From Thermoanaerobaculia bacterium (lineage in GTDB: Bacteria > Acidobacteriota > Thermoanaerobaculia > Multivoradales > Multivoraceae), in assembly GCA_963664405.1 (NCBI GenBank), contig OY761158.1:5120001-5184000 (forward strand): 64,000 nucleotides of DNA, read 5' to 3'. How positions within the stretch are numbered: the first letter of the stretch is position 1; every line of letters begins with the position of its first letter. The position numbers and the translations under genes were made by a program. The notes beneath the pieces were generated by a model that did no database searches, was not told where the DNA came from, and worked only from the letters and a program-made list of their open reading frames with translations. Below are positions 28,386 to 38,310 of the stretch, piece after piece.

Positions 28386-29801
28386 ATGAGAACCCTGATC
28401 GGCTCCCTCTTCCTGTCGGCCGCCGCCGCATTCGCTGCGCCGCCCAACGTCCTCTTTGTCAGCGTCGACGACATGAACGACTGGGTAGGCGCGCTGGGCT
28501 ACGAGGCTGCGCACACGCCCAACATCGACCGCCTGGCGGCGCGCGGCACCCTGTTCACCAATGCGCACGCTCCCTCGCCCAAGTGCAATCCTTCTCGCAC
28601 CGCCATCCTCTCCGGTCTGCGGCCTTCGACCACCGGTGTCTACGGCAACGGCGAGTGGTGGAGGCCCAATCTTCCCGACGTCGTGATGCTGCCGCGTTAC
28701 TTCAAGGACAACGGCTATATCGCGGCCGGCGGGGGCAAAGTCTTTCATCACACGTCGGGCTTCAATCCCCCGGAGTCCTGGGACGAGTACTTCGACCTCG
28801 TAGACGACCTGAAGAGCGAAGGATTCCTCGTTCCCTATCGCCGCCCAGACCACATTTCGAGCTTCGACTGGGGACCGTTCGACAAGACCGACATGGAGAT
28901 GGGCGACGGCGCTACCGTGCGCTGGGCCGAAGAGTTCTTGCGACGGACGCACCCGCATCCCTTCTTTCTTGCCGTCGGGCTTTTCCAGCCGCATCTACCC
29001 TTCTATGCGCCGCGTGCGCACTACGACGCGGTCGGTCCCACGGGAGCGCCCATCCCCGAGGCGAAAGACGGTGATCTCGACGACGTGCCGCGAGCGGGTC
29101 GCAAGATGGCGGCCTCTCGCCGTAATGACCTCGAGCTGATCGAAGAGCACGGCGATCTCGGCGACGTCGTGCGCTCCTACGCGGCGGGCATTCGGCATGC
29201 CGACGCGCTTGTCGGCCGCGTTCTCGATGCTCTGGATGGGAGCAGGTACGCTGAGAACACCATCGTCGTCTTCTGGTCCGACCACGGCTACCACTTCGGC
29301 GAGAAGCGCCACTTCGCCAAGGACACACTGTGGGAGCGTGACTCCCACGTTCCGCTGGTAATCGTCGCCCCCGGTGTCACCGAGGCTGGCACCAAGAGCG
29401 CCCGTCCGGTGAGCTTGCTCGATCTCTACCCGACCTTGGTGGATCTCTGCGACCTACCGAACCGACCCGAGCTCGAGGGCGTCAGCCTGCGGCCACTACT
29501 CGAGAGCCCCTACCGCGAGTGGCGAAGACCCGCGCTCATGACCTTCGGGCGCGGCAACCACGCCGTGCGCTCGCAGCGTTACCGCTACATTCGCTATGCC
29601 GACGGTGGCGAAGAGCTCTACGATCACCAGCATGATCCGCACGAGTGGACCAACCTTGCCGGTACCCCTGCCTACGAAAGAGTGATTGCCGATCATGCCC
29701 GCTGGCTGCCGCAACGGAACGCACCGGGTGCGCTGCTGAAGTCTGCTTTCCATTTCGATGCGCAGAGCTACACCTGGCGCCGCAAGGCGGGAGAAGGGTG
29801 A
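28386..29801 (+). CDS. Sulfatase, iduronate-2-sulfatase-like, exported
   Basis: VDDMND, CNPSR, GKVFH, PHLPF, SDHGYH; signal peptide. Confidence 0.92.
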   Translation: MRTLIGSLFLSAAAAFAAPPNVLFVSVDDMNDWVGALGYEAAHTPNIDRLAARGTLFTNAHAPSPKCNPSRTAILSGLRPSTTGVYGNGEWWRPNLPDVVMLPRYFKDNGYIAAGGGKVFHHTSGFNPPESWDEYFDLVDDLKSEGFLVPYRRPDHISSFDWGPFDKTDMEMGDGATVRWAEEFLRRTHPHPFFLAVGLFQPHLPFYAPRAHYDAVGPTGAPIPEAKDGDLDDVPRAGRKMAASRRNDLELIEEHGDLGDVVRSYAAGIRHADALVGRVLDALDGSRYAENTIVVFWSDHGYHFGEKRHFAKDTLWERDSHVPLVIVAPGVTEAGTKSARPVSLLDLYPTLVDLCDLPNRPELEGVSLRPLLESPYREWRRPALMTFGRGNHAVRSQRYRYIRYADGGEELYDHQHDPHEWTNLAGTPAYERVIADHARWLPQRNAPGALLKSAFHFDAQSYTWRRKAGEG

Positions 29802-31426
29802 GGACCCTAGACCAGCGTTTCCAAAGTTCGTGCTGCATAGCTCGAGGTCATTCTGTTCGCTGGCTAGGCGCGCTGACGCAGGCATATTGGGCAATATGTC
29901 GAGGAGGCGAAACGACGCCAGCGGGCAGAAGGGCCCGAGATATGTGCGCGAACTTTGGAAACGCTGGTTTAGGGACGCTAGTCGTCGCCCTCGCGCTCGC
30001 AACTGCGGCGTTTGCCGACCGGCCCAACTTCGTCTTCATTCTCGCCGACGACCTGGGTTGGCGTGATCTGGGTGTCTACGGCAGCCAGTATCACGAGACG
30101 CCCCATCTCGACCGGCTGGCGGCGGAGGGTGCCCGCTTCACCGATGCCTATGCGGCGGGCAATTCGTGCTCGCCCACGCGGGCAAGCATACTCACCGGCA
30201 GGTATCCGGCGAGAACGCACCTGACCGATTGGATCCCCGGGCGCACCCCTCCGGGGGCAAAACTCTCGATCCCGCGTTGGACCAACTATCTGCGGCACGA
30301 AGAGACGACCATCGCGGAAGTGCTCGCCGATGCCGGCTACGTGACCGCCGAGATAGGGAAGTGGCATCTGGGCAAGGAGGGCTGGTGGGCGGAGGACCAT
30401 GGCTTCGACGTGAGCATCGGCGGCAGTCATGTTGGAGCGCACGGCAGCATGTTCCCGCCCTACTGGCCAGCCGACAAGGCTCATCGGCTTGGGTGGCGGC
30501 AGTTCCCCGAGGAGGACCGCGGCGAGTACTTGACCGATCGCCTCACCCGCGAGGCGGTTGGCTTCCTCGACCGCCACGGCCACGAGCCCTTCTTTCTCTA
30601 CCTCTCTCACTACGCCGTGCATACTCCGATTCAGAGCCGCCCGGAAGTCGCTGCAAAGTATCGCGCGAAGAAGGCGGTGGGACCCCAGAAGAACCCCGAG
30701 TACGCGGCAATGGTCGAAGGGCTCGACACCAGCGTGGGCACGGTGCTGACAAAGCTCGAAGAGCTGGGGATTGCGGACCGAACGGTGGTCGTCTTCTTCT
30801 CCGACAATGGCGGGCTGTCGAGAGGCAACACCCTCACCTCGAACGAGCCGCTGCGCGGAGAGAAGAGCACGCCCTGGGAGGGCGGTGTCAGAGTGCCTCT
30901 GATCGTCAAGTGGCCTGGGGTCACACGACCCGCAGCTGTGATCGAAGAACCGGTGACGAGCGTCGACTTGTTCCCGACAATGCTAGGTATGGCGCGTCTC
31001 GAGGTCGGCGACAACATCGACGGCCAAAGTCTCGTCTCTCTCCTGAGAGGCGACGCGGACTTCGAGCGCGGGCCGATCTACTGGCATTATCCGCACTACA
31101 ACGCCCACACGCCGGTCGTCACCTGTACGCCTTACGGTGCGGTGCGCGAGGGCCGCTTCAAGCTCGTTGAGCTCTACGAGGACGATCGTGTCGAGCTTTA
31201 CGATCTGCGTGCGGACATCGGAGAGACACGCAACCTCGCCACGGCGATGCCCGAGAAGGTGAGTGAGCTGCGTCGCAAGCTTCACAACTGGCGCGAATCG
31301 GTGGGTGCGCAGATGCCCACGTCCAACCCGAGTGCCGACCCGGCGAAGTACCGCGAGTACAAAGAGAAGCGATTGTGGAGGCCGGTGGGGCCCTACGATC
31401 AGCAGACCTCGTTCGACGTGCCGTAG
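29798..31426 (+). CDS. Sulfatase, GALNS/arylsulfatase A-like; signal peptide carries an in-frame 162-nt insertion
   Basis: ADDLGW, CSPTR, GKWHLG, SDNGG; GTG 29798 overlaps the upstream TGA. ATG 29942 inside the insertion is an alternative start. Confidence 0.9.
   Translation: MRTLDQRFQSSCCIARGHSVRWLGALTQAYWAICRGGETTPAGRRARDMCANFGNAGLGTLVVALALATAAFADRPNFVFILADDLGWRDLGVYGSQYHETPHLDRLAAEGARFTDAYAAGNSCSPTRASILTGRYPARTHLTDWIPGRTPPGAKLSIPRWTNYLRHEETTIAEVLADAGYVTAEIGKWHLGKEGWWAEDHGFDVSIGGSHVGAHGSMFPPYWPADKAHRLGWRQFPEEDRGEYLTDRLTREAVGFLDRHGHEPFFLYLSHYAVHTPIQSRPEVAAKYRAKKAVGPQKNPEYAAMVEGLDTSVGTVLTKLEELGIADRTVVVFFSDNGGLSRGNTLTSNEPLRGEKSTPWEGGVRVPLIVKWPGVTRPAAVIEEPVTSVDLFPTMLGMARLEVGDNIDGQSLVSLLRGDADFERGPIYWHYPHYNAHTPVVTCTPYGAVREGRFKLVELYEDDRVELYDLRADIGETRNLATAMPEKVSELRRKLHNWRESVGAQMPTSNPSADPAKYREYKEKRLWRPVGPYDQQTSFDVP
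29810..29969. repeat. MITE-like palindromic element, copy B (160 bp, TA flanks)
   Basis: Inverted ends accagcgtttccaaagttcg / cgaactttggaaacgctggt; core ggcgc...gcaggcata...tgtcga...aacg..gccagcggg shared with copy A. Confidence 0.85.
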
Positions 31427-31692
31427 CTGCGTGACGATCGACGGGCGGAATGAAACCGCCCCCAAAACCGCCTTCGCTGAGTGCCAGCCGAAGGGAATTG
31501 ACGCCGAGTGCGGCCGCCGCGTCTTCGGAATATTCGGGCGGCGCCATAGCAGCCGTAGGCTGGAAGGGCAGGCGCATCCAAGGCGCCAACGCCCGGCTTC
31601 GTCGGCTGCTCCGGCCGCTACTTGGAGAAATTTCGAGCTGCTATCATGCGAGTCCTCAACGTAGGACGAGCTGGAAACTAGATGAGAGTTGG

Positions 31693-31779
31693 ATGGGAGT
31701 CGCAGTTTTGGCGTTCGCGGCGGTCACCGCGCCGGCCTCAGGCCAGGATGCGGCAGGGTTGACGAAACAGCTAGCAAAT
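31693..31779 (+). pseudogene. N-terminal stub of an exported/outer-membrane protein
   Basis: Signal-peptide-like MGVAVLAFAAVTAPASG followed by QDAAGLTKQLAN, after which the similarity is lost. Confidence 0.35.
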
Positions 31780-31880
31780 CGATCGCTCGGCGTTCGGTCG
31801 ATGCCGATGCTGCTTTCGCAAGTGATCCCCTCAGATCTGTCGAGTCGGTGGCGCACCGCGTACTGAAGAGGTGCCTGGTG

Positions 31881-32900
31881 ATGCGTATTAGTTTGAAAGA
31901 CGTCCTTGCGTTCGTCGCCGTCGCTCTTGTTCTCGCTCTTTCGGGCGCCAGTAACGGTCTCGCTCAATCCCTGGACGATGGCCGCCCCGGCCCCGAAGGC
32001 GTGCCGACTCGCATTGACGTTGCGGCCTACCTCCTGGATGTCGAAAGTATCAACGACTTGGAGCAGACCTTCAAAGTCGACTTCGTCCTTCGTCTACGCT
32101 GGTCCGATTCGCGCCTGAGCGGCAAGGGGCCGAACCTCCCTCTCGAGAATGTCTGGCACCCCAACGTCACGATCCTGAATCAACGTTCCGCCGACACCCT
32201 CAGGGCTGAAGTCGTTGCCGTGAATCCCGAGGGGCAAGTCGAGTACACGCAGAGGTACCAGGCAAAGCTCTATACGCGTTTCGATCTGCGGCCGTTTCCC
32301 CACGACGAGCAGCAGCTGCCGATCATCCTCCTAGCGGCCGGATACAGCCCGGCCGAGGTCGAGCTCGTTGTCGGATCGGTCGGGGCTCAGCCGGAGTTCT
32401 CTATTCCTGGATGGGCGGTAGAGGTTGCCGGCGCCGAGAGCGGAACCATGGTGGCTACGCTGATCTCCGACGAAGAAGAGCCGATCGAACGCCCGACCTT
32501 GGAGATCCAGCTCAATGCCCGCCGCCAGCTGAGCTACTACCGCTGGAAGGTACTGGTTCCGTTGTCGCTCGTCGTCCTCCTTTCGTGGACGGTGTTCTGG
32601 ATTCCCCCGACCCAGCTCGGGGTACAGCTCGGTGTCTCGTCGACTTCGGTACTGACCACCATCGCCTTCCTGCTCAGCCTACAGAATCTGATCCCACCGG
32701 TCCCGTATCTGACGCAGCTGGACCGATTTGTCTATACCTGCCTGATTCTCATCTGCGCCGCCTTTGTAGAGGCGGTCGCCACCATCCGAATAGCGGCGGT
32801 TCCGGAACGCCACGACCTCGCGACGAGAATCGACCTCTGGTGTCGAGTCCTCTTCCCGATAGCGTACGGCTCGATCGTTGCCGCGACGTGGCTGACGTGA
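31881..32900 (+). CDS. Prokaryotic pentameric ligand-gated ion channel (GLIC/ELIC-like)
   Basis: LRWSDSRL, WHPNVTILN, Pro-loop DLRPFPHDEQ, four C-terminal TM helices (YYRWKVLVP.., QLGVSSTSVLT.., PYLTQLD.., CRVLFP). Confidence 0.88.
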   Translation: MRISLKDVLAFVAVALVLALSGASNGLAQSLDDGRPGPEGVPTRIDVAAYLLDVESINDLEQTFKVDFVLRLRWSDSRLSGKGPNLPLENVWHPNVTILNQRSADTLRAEVVAVNPEGQVEYTQRYQAKLYTRFDLRPFPHDEQQLPIILLAAGYSPAEVELVVGSVGAQPEFSIPGWAVEVAGAESGTMVATLISDEEEPIERPTLEIQLNARRQLSYYRWKVLVPLSLVVLLSWTVFWIPPTQLGVQLGVSSTSVLTTIAFLLSLQNLIPPVPYLTQLDRFVYTCLILICAAFVEAVATIRIAAVPERHDLATRIDLWCRVLFPIAYGSIVAATWLT

Positions 32901-33094
32901 GGAGAGAGGCTGGCTATTGCGCTAGGCCCGGGCCCTGTTCGTCCTTCTCCTGATTGCGCTGCCCCAACGCCCCAGTAAAGACGGATCGCAGGGTCCTCGG
33001 CGGGTTTCGCGCCGAGCTCGACGCCAGCAGAGTCTGAGCGGTAAAGCCCTCTTTTCGACTGGCAACCTATTTCATCGCCTCTTCACCTCCGAAG

Positions 33095-33425
33095 CTAGAG
33101 GAGCCCGAGCCCTTTCTTGAGTAGGCCCGCGTTGTCTCCGCCGAGCTGTTTGAGAGCGATGGGTACGAACTTCTGGAGCATTCCGGAGTCCATGCCGAGA
33201 TCTCCGAAGGCGCTCGTGAGGCCGGTCAGTGACGACAGCTTCCCGAGATCGAGATCGCCGGCGAGGCTGCTGCCGGCGACCGCCGCCAGAGCGCCGCCTG
33301 CGCCAGCTCCCTTGTCGTCGTCGCCGCCCAGGGCCGAGGCCGCCGACGACAGGAGGTCTCCGCTCTTCTCGGAGCTCGAGAGGCTCGACCCTAGCTCGCC
33401 GCCGCCGTGTTCTCGGGCCTTGCGC
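33095..33425 (-). pseudogene. C-terminal fragment of a DUF2780-like Gly/Ser-rich protein
   Basis: Manual translation ...LSSLTGLTSAFGDLGMDSGMLQKFVPIALKQLGGDNAGLLKKGLGLL*; no start codon. Confidence 0.6.
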
Positions 33426-33846
33426 CTAGAACCAACGGGTCACAGGTGAGAGCCAAGTAGTTGATCTTCGAGAAGTACCGGCGCTCCCCACACGACTCCA
33501 GGTTGTCCGGTACGCCGATTCCCGCCCCAAATAGCACCACGGGCCTGCCCGCTTGGGACACATTCTTGCTTAGGCGCAGCAAGAGGTCGAAATGGTCGAT
33601 GTCGGCGTCGTCTCCGAACCAGAGAATGTCGCCTTCCAGCAGAACGGCTTCCGAGACGGTTCCGATAAGCCGCTGGAGGACGGTTGACTTCCCCGTGCCG
33701 CTGGCACCGGTGACGATCAGTAGCGGTAGCATTAGGAAGGGGTGCTCGTGCTCGCACACCGGGCACTTAGCTACGGCCCGCTCACCGTGGGCGGTGACGA
33801 TCTTGTCAGTGCGATACTCACCGCATCCGTAGCAGACGTTCAGCAC
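33391..33846 (-). pseudogene. Zn-ribbon plus P-loop (nucleoside kinase/AAA-like) protein, C-terminally truncated
   Basis: CYGC...CPVC, Walker A GASGTGKS; the frame runs into the DUF2780-like fragment and stops early. Confidence 0.65.
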
Positions 33847-34023
33847 GAGGAGCTCCGGGGCACAAGAAATCCCGATTGAAACTGATCCTACTCCCGGCGT
33901 TGATCCATCGAAAGGTGCCGTGTGGGAAACGGGAAGCTTCGGGCCTGTGTCACCTTGGGGGCAACAAGCCGCGCGTTAGACCGTAAACAGTATGGAGGGC
34001 CGCGAAGGTCGGTCTTCTCCAGC

Positions 34024-34674
34024 ATGTCGATGTCTAAGAAACGACTCTTGCTCGCGCTGCTTCTCGTCGTCGTTCTCGGCGCGCTACTGGCTCTTGCCAA
34101 CGAGGATGTGCGAAAGCTCGATCTGCGCCGTCTGCTCACGCGTGCCGGCTGGCAACTCCCGGCCAAAGTTCTTCAACACCTCGCCCTCGAGGCTGGTGAT
34201 CGTGTCGCCGATCTCGGAGCCGGTGATGGCTACTTCGTACCCTTCCTTTCCGATGCCGTTGGTCCTTCGGGCCGGGTGTATGCCGTCGAGATCGCCGGTG
34301 AGGCTGTTGCGGCGCTGCAACGGCAGGTTGCCGAGGGTGGCCTGGAGAATGTTGAAGTAATCGAGGGTCGTGCAGAGGATCCCCTTTTGCCCAACGGTGA
34401 GATCGACCTCGTAGTGGTGGTCAACGTGTATCACCACATCAGCGGGCAGATCCTCTACTTTGAGCGGCTGCGCGGCGACCTTTCTCCGCGGGGGAGGGTG
34501 GCGATGCTCGAGCCACGGGCGCGCGGCTTGGGGCGGTGGCTCTCCCTCGGTGGCCACTACACCGCGCGTGAGCAACTCATCTCTGACATGGAGCGGGCTG
34601 GTTACCGACACCTCGGCAGCTTCGACGACTTCCCGGTCCAGAATCTCGAGATCTTTCGGCCCATGGCGCGCTGA
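34024..34674 (+). CDS. Class I SAM-dependent methyltransferase with N-terminal signal/anchor
   Basis: VADLGAGDGYF, GRVYAVEI, VNVYHH. Confidence 0.88.
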   Translation: MSMSKKRLLLALLLVVVLGALLALANEDVRKLDLRRLLTRAGWQLPAKVLQHLALEAGDRVADLGAGDGYFVPFLSDAVGPSGRVYAVEIAGEAVAALQRQVAEGGLENVEVIEGRAEDPLLPNGEIDLVVVVNVYHHISGQILYFERLRGDLSPRGRVAMLEPRARGLGRWLSLGGHYTAREQLISDMERAGYRHLGSFDDFPVQNLEIFRPMAR

Positions 34675-34699
34675 GCACCCTGCTGGGTGCAGATGAGAC

Positions 34700-34835
34700 C
34701 ACCGCACGGCGGACCTCACGTGCACCCTGGCTGCACTCTCGGGGAAACGTTCGATCTGGTCGATGACGCTGAAGACACTTTGCCGGAAGCGCTCACCAAG
34801 TTCGAGTCGCTCGCCCTTGTACCTCGCGAGTCGCC
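34700..34835 (-). pseudogene. ParE-like toxin fragment
   Basis: YKGERLELGERFRQSVFSVIDQIERFPES resembles ParE N-terminal helices; both ends missing. Confidence 0.5.
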
Positions 34836-35073
34836 TCGCGAACGAGGTGCCACCCAGATATTTCAGGGACGCGGCGATAGGCCCCAAGACGTAATGGGAC
34901 ACGTGCTCCCTCTGACAGTGGGCTCGCCACCGATCGAAACTCCAGCATTCTAAGCTCACGACGGAGCCATGCGAGGTGGAGTGGAGAGGCGCCTCGCGCC
35001 TATTCCGATGGAGCGTCGCCGCATTGACTCTGCGGGATGTCGCCGCCCCACGACGACCAGAGAAACCTGAAGT

Positions 35074-35390
35074 TCAGGTCGTCACGAAGGGCAGAGAGGG
35101 CGGGAAAGACCCCGGAGGAAAGTCCACAGGCACACACGCCCTCAGTTTCTCGCAGGCCTCGCGATAGACAGCCACGAAGCGTCGATAGGCTGCTTGGAAT
35201 TGTCGCGCGCTCTGCCAAGTCGCCGCATGCACGAGCGGCGCCGGGGACTTGGCGCTCGATCGTGGCCTCCCATGAGGATCCTGGCGCAGGATCCCCTCTC
35301 TCCCAAGAGGTCGCCTGCCACTCCGTCGCTGCGTTTCCGCAATGTGGTGAGCACGCTCCTGGAACCAGGCAACACGATCTTCTGGCTCCC
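35074..35390 (-). pseudogene. C-terminal fragment of a Y1/RAYT-like (IS200-related) transposase
   Basis: PLGREGILRQDPHGRPRSSAKSPAPLVHAA...YRRFVAVYREACEKLR...FPPGSFPPSLPF; cut at the left end of the adjacent IS. The HUH motif itself is not retained. Confidence 0.6.
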
Positions 35391-36719
35391 TGTCCCTACC
35401 AGAAACTCCATCCGCGCAGCAGTTTCGGACGTCACACTTGCCAGGAGTATCCTTGGTGTGATGATTCATCTTCTAGGACTTGGTGTGATGATTCGTCTTC
35501 TAGGAGTATTGCTTCGCTCAGTACTGGCGGCACTCCAGACTCGCCGCCAGCTCGCCCTCGAAAACCTGGCTCTTCGACAGCAGCTCTCAGTGCTTCAGGC
35601 GGCGCGGCGGCCGTCTTTGACCAACCTCGATCGGGTCTTCTGGACCATTCTCCGGCGCCGATGGAGTCATTGGACGCACGCGCTCGTGATCGTGCAGCCC
35701 GAGACCGTCGTCCGCTGGCACCGGCAGGGATTCAGGCTGTACTGGCGATGGAAGAGCCGAAATGGCAGCGCTGGACGGCCGAAGATAGACCCGGAGACCC
35801 GAGCCTTGGTTAGAAGGATGAGCTTGGCCAACCCGTTCTGGGGCGCACCGAGGATTCATGGCGAGCTCCTCAAGCTAGGGATCGAGATCTCGGAGACGAC
35901 GGTCGCCAAGTACATGCCGAGGTCGCGCCGGCCACCCTCTCAGTCCTGGCGAGCATTTCTGGACAACCATCTCAAGGATCTGGTCTCGATCGACTTCTTC
36001 ACGGTCCCCTCGGCGACATTCCACGTCCTTTTCGTCCTCATCGTCCTCAGCCACGACCGCCGGCGCATCCTTCACTTCAACGTTACCGAGCATCCCACCG
36101 CGGAGTGGACCGCTCAGCAGATGGTTGAAGCGTTTCCTTGGGACACAGCACCGCGCTATCTCCTCCACGATCGCGATGCGGTTTTCGGAAACAACTTCCG
36201 GTCGCGTGTGGCTGGGCTCGGAATGGCCGAGGTGCTCATAGCACCACGATCGCCTTGGCAGAATCCCTATGCTGAGCGCGTCATCGGCTCCATGCGGCGA
36301 GAATGTCTCGATCACGTTATCGTGCTGAACGAGGCCCATCTCCGCCGGATTCTGCGTTCCTTCGTCACCTACTACCATCGCTCAAGAACCCATCTCTCCT
36401 TAGACAAGGATGCTCCTGAGGCACGAGAGGTGCAGGCTCCGAGGATGGGACGCGTGGTGGAGTTGCCCGAGGTCGGTGGGCTCCATCACCGGTACGAACG
36501 CCGGGCGGCGTAGTCATCCAGCGGGGTTTTCAGAGCCGTCGGGAATCTTGCTGCGTGTTCCGCTGCTACTCGGGAGGGGCGCTCTCGCACGTCGTCCCGT
36601 TATTCGAGTGCTGAGCCTCCACGCCGTTCACCCTGAGCCTGCAGGCCCCGGAGAAAGTGCTGCCATCGTGTGCAAGATCCGGTGCGCCAAACGCCCGGAC
36701 GGGTTTCTTGGTAGGCACA
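35391..36719 (+). mobile_element. IS element with integrase-core (rve) transposase, IS481/IS3-like
   Basis: Imperfect TIRs tgtccctaccagaaactccatcc / ggacgggtttcttggtaggcaca; no target duplication visible. Confidence 0.85.
35488..36513 (+). CDS. Integrase core domain (DDE) transposase
   Basis: ENLALRQQL, WGAPRIHGELLKLG, IDFFTV, HDRD, SPWQNPYAERVIG, GGLHHRY. Confidence 0.92.
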   Translation: MIRLLGVLLRSVLAALQTRRQLALENLALRQQLSVLQAARRPSLTNLDRVFWTILRRRWSHWTHALVIVQPETVVRWHRQGFRLYWRWKSRNGSAGRPKIDPETRALVRRMSLANPFWGAPRIHGELLKLGIEISETTVAKYMPRSRRPPSQSWRAFLDNHLKDLVSIDFFTVPSATFHVLFVLIVLSHDRRRILHFNVTEHPTAEWTAQQMVEAFPWDTAPRYLLHDRDAVFGNNFRSRVAGLGMAEVLIAPRSPWQNPYAERVIGSMRRECLDHVIVLNEAHLRRILRSFVTYYHRSRTHLSLDKDAPEAREVQAPRMGRVVELPEVGGLHHRYERRAA

Positions 36720-36721
36720 GG

Positions 36722-37451
36722 TATCGCGCAAACAGCAGGGGCTATTGAACCCATTGATGTTGGAATCAATTCGGCGGGTCTCGTGAATGCCTATGCATTG
36801 GACTTGGCGAAACAGCGTGCCGCAGAGCAACAATACTGGGCATCCTTTTCCTGCCTACCCAGCGAGCCGGTCTGCGAAGAGCTGTTTCAAACACGGATGC
36901 AGCATAACCCGCCCAAATCGCCAGGCACAGTTGAGCTTATTCAGACAGAAATCACACGGCTCAATGCGTCATTTGAAACTCGTTTTGGAGAGCCGGTTCA
37001 CAACGACGTTCCTCCCCACGAAAAGACCATGCAGCGGCTAAGCGTGGGTCCGCTTGAGGAAAACTGGGACGAAGTCGCTGAATTGGCAAAGGACTTGTAC
37101 TCTTGGGTGGCTGAAGGTCTTCGTATTGCAACTCTCCGCAAACCGCTGGACCCAGAATCGTTCGACAAGGACTGGAAACAGTTTAAACTCCTTGAGACGT
37201 TCATGGCGTGCGTATTGGGTTGCGGACAATCGGATCTCACGGCAGCGATGGGTCCCCTTAAGGATCTCAACAGCCTGAGAGTTACCCACGCCCATAACCT
37301 CCTCATTGTGGACCGGTTCCGGCATTTTGATCTGAAGGATCGGCGCGTGCGCGAAGCGTGGTTCATCGTTGTCGATGGCATCGCCCGCGCTCTCCGCCTG
37401 TTATCAGACCACCTTGAATCAAATCGAGAGGTGTCGGGACAGACGAGCTAG
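36722..37451 (+). pseudogene. 5'-truncated hypothetical protein with a HEPN-like RxxxxH motif
   Basis: The open frame starts at the IS right end; visibly lower GC; LNSLRVTHAH near the C-terminus. Confidence 0.55.
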
Positions 37452-37620
37452 ATCAGAGCTTATGTCGAATGTCCCTTAGGACCTTTCACGCGCAAAGAAC
37501 CGCTTCATGGTGGGAGCTTTGAAGCGACGGTGCTTTCCGGAAACAGAGAATCAAATCTGGCAACTCTTTTCTACTCACTTCCAACCTTCTAGGCAAGCGC
37601 TTGCCTGCTTTCTCGAACAC

Positions 37621-38310
37621 GGGGTACCGCCCAGATTGCTGCAAAAATATCCTTTAAGGGCGATGTGCCCGTGGCTGCGGCTGTGAAGCCTTGGGATCGA
37701 GTTTTCGCGAGTCAATAAAGTGATGCAGGGCGGTTCTGGAGACGCTCACGGTCTTGGCAATAGAGGCCCTGGAAACTTGTTTCTGTAGGAGTATGCGGAT
37801 CTCTTCCTCCTTGCCGTCGAGCTTGGACTTGCCCAGCGCGCCCTTGGGGTGGGCGGCGCAGTCTGCCCTTGGCCCTTGCCGCGGCCAGCCCTTCCTTAGA
37901 CGGGCGTGGTCGAGAATGGCCGGTTTCTGTCTGCGAGATCCTGAGAATCAGTCGAAGCGCGCAGGTAAAGCAACGGTTTTCACGGCGGTGTCCAAGAAAA
38001 GGTGAAACGGGGCCTGTTTCGGACTGTTAACGACTATAGTATCCAGCACATTGCATAGTCCACAATCGTCTAGAATGACGGACGTTTATTCCTGACAGAA
38101 CCGTGCCGGTCTCCGACCCCGACGTCTCCCGCCCCCGCTTGATGCGCGATGCCAGCTTCCTCGAGGCCGACCGACGCGATATCGCCCTGCGGCGGACTTC
38201 CCGTTCGACCCAGACTTGCGGCGTCATGTCAGCCCGATCGAGTGGAAGAACGTCATCCTCTACGGCGAGATCAAGATCGACCCCGCCAAACTCAAGATGC
38301 GCGACCCTTA
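37621..38310. mobile_element. Internally deleted Tn3-family remnant (IR - delta-tnpR - res - delta-tnpA)
   Basis: 38-bp IR ggggtaccgcccagattgctgcaaaaatatcctttaag (37621-37658); divergent resolvase and transposase remnants around an AT-rich spacer. Confidence 0.8.
37654..37983 (-). pseudogene. Serine resolvase remnant (N- and C-termini fused, frameshifted)
   Basis: MKTVA-YLRASTDSQDL joined to KEGLAAARAKGR..PKGALGKSKLDGKEEEIRILLQKQVSRASIAKTVSVSRTALHHFIDSRKL. Confidence 0.75.
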
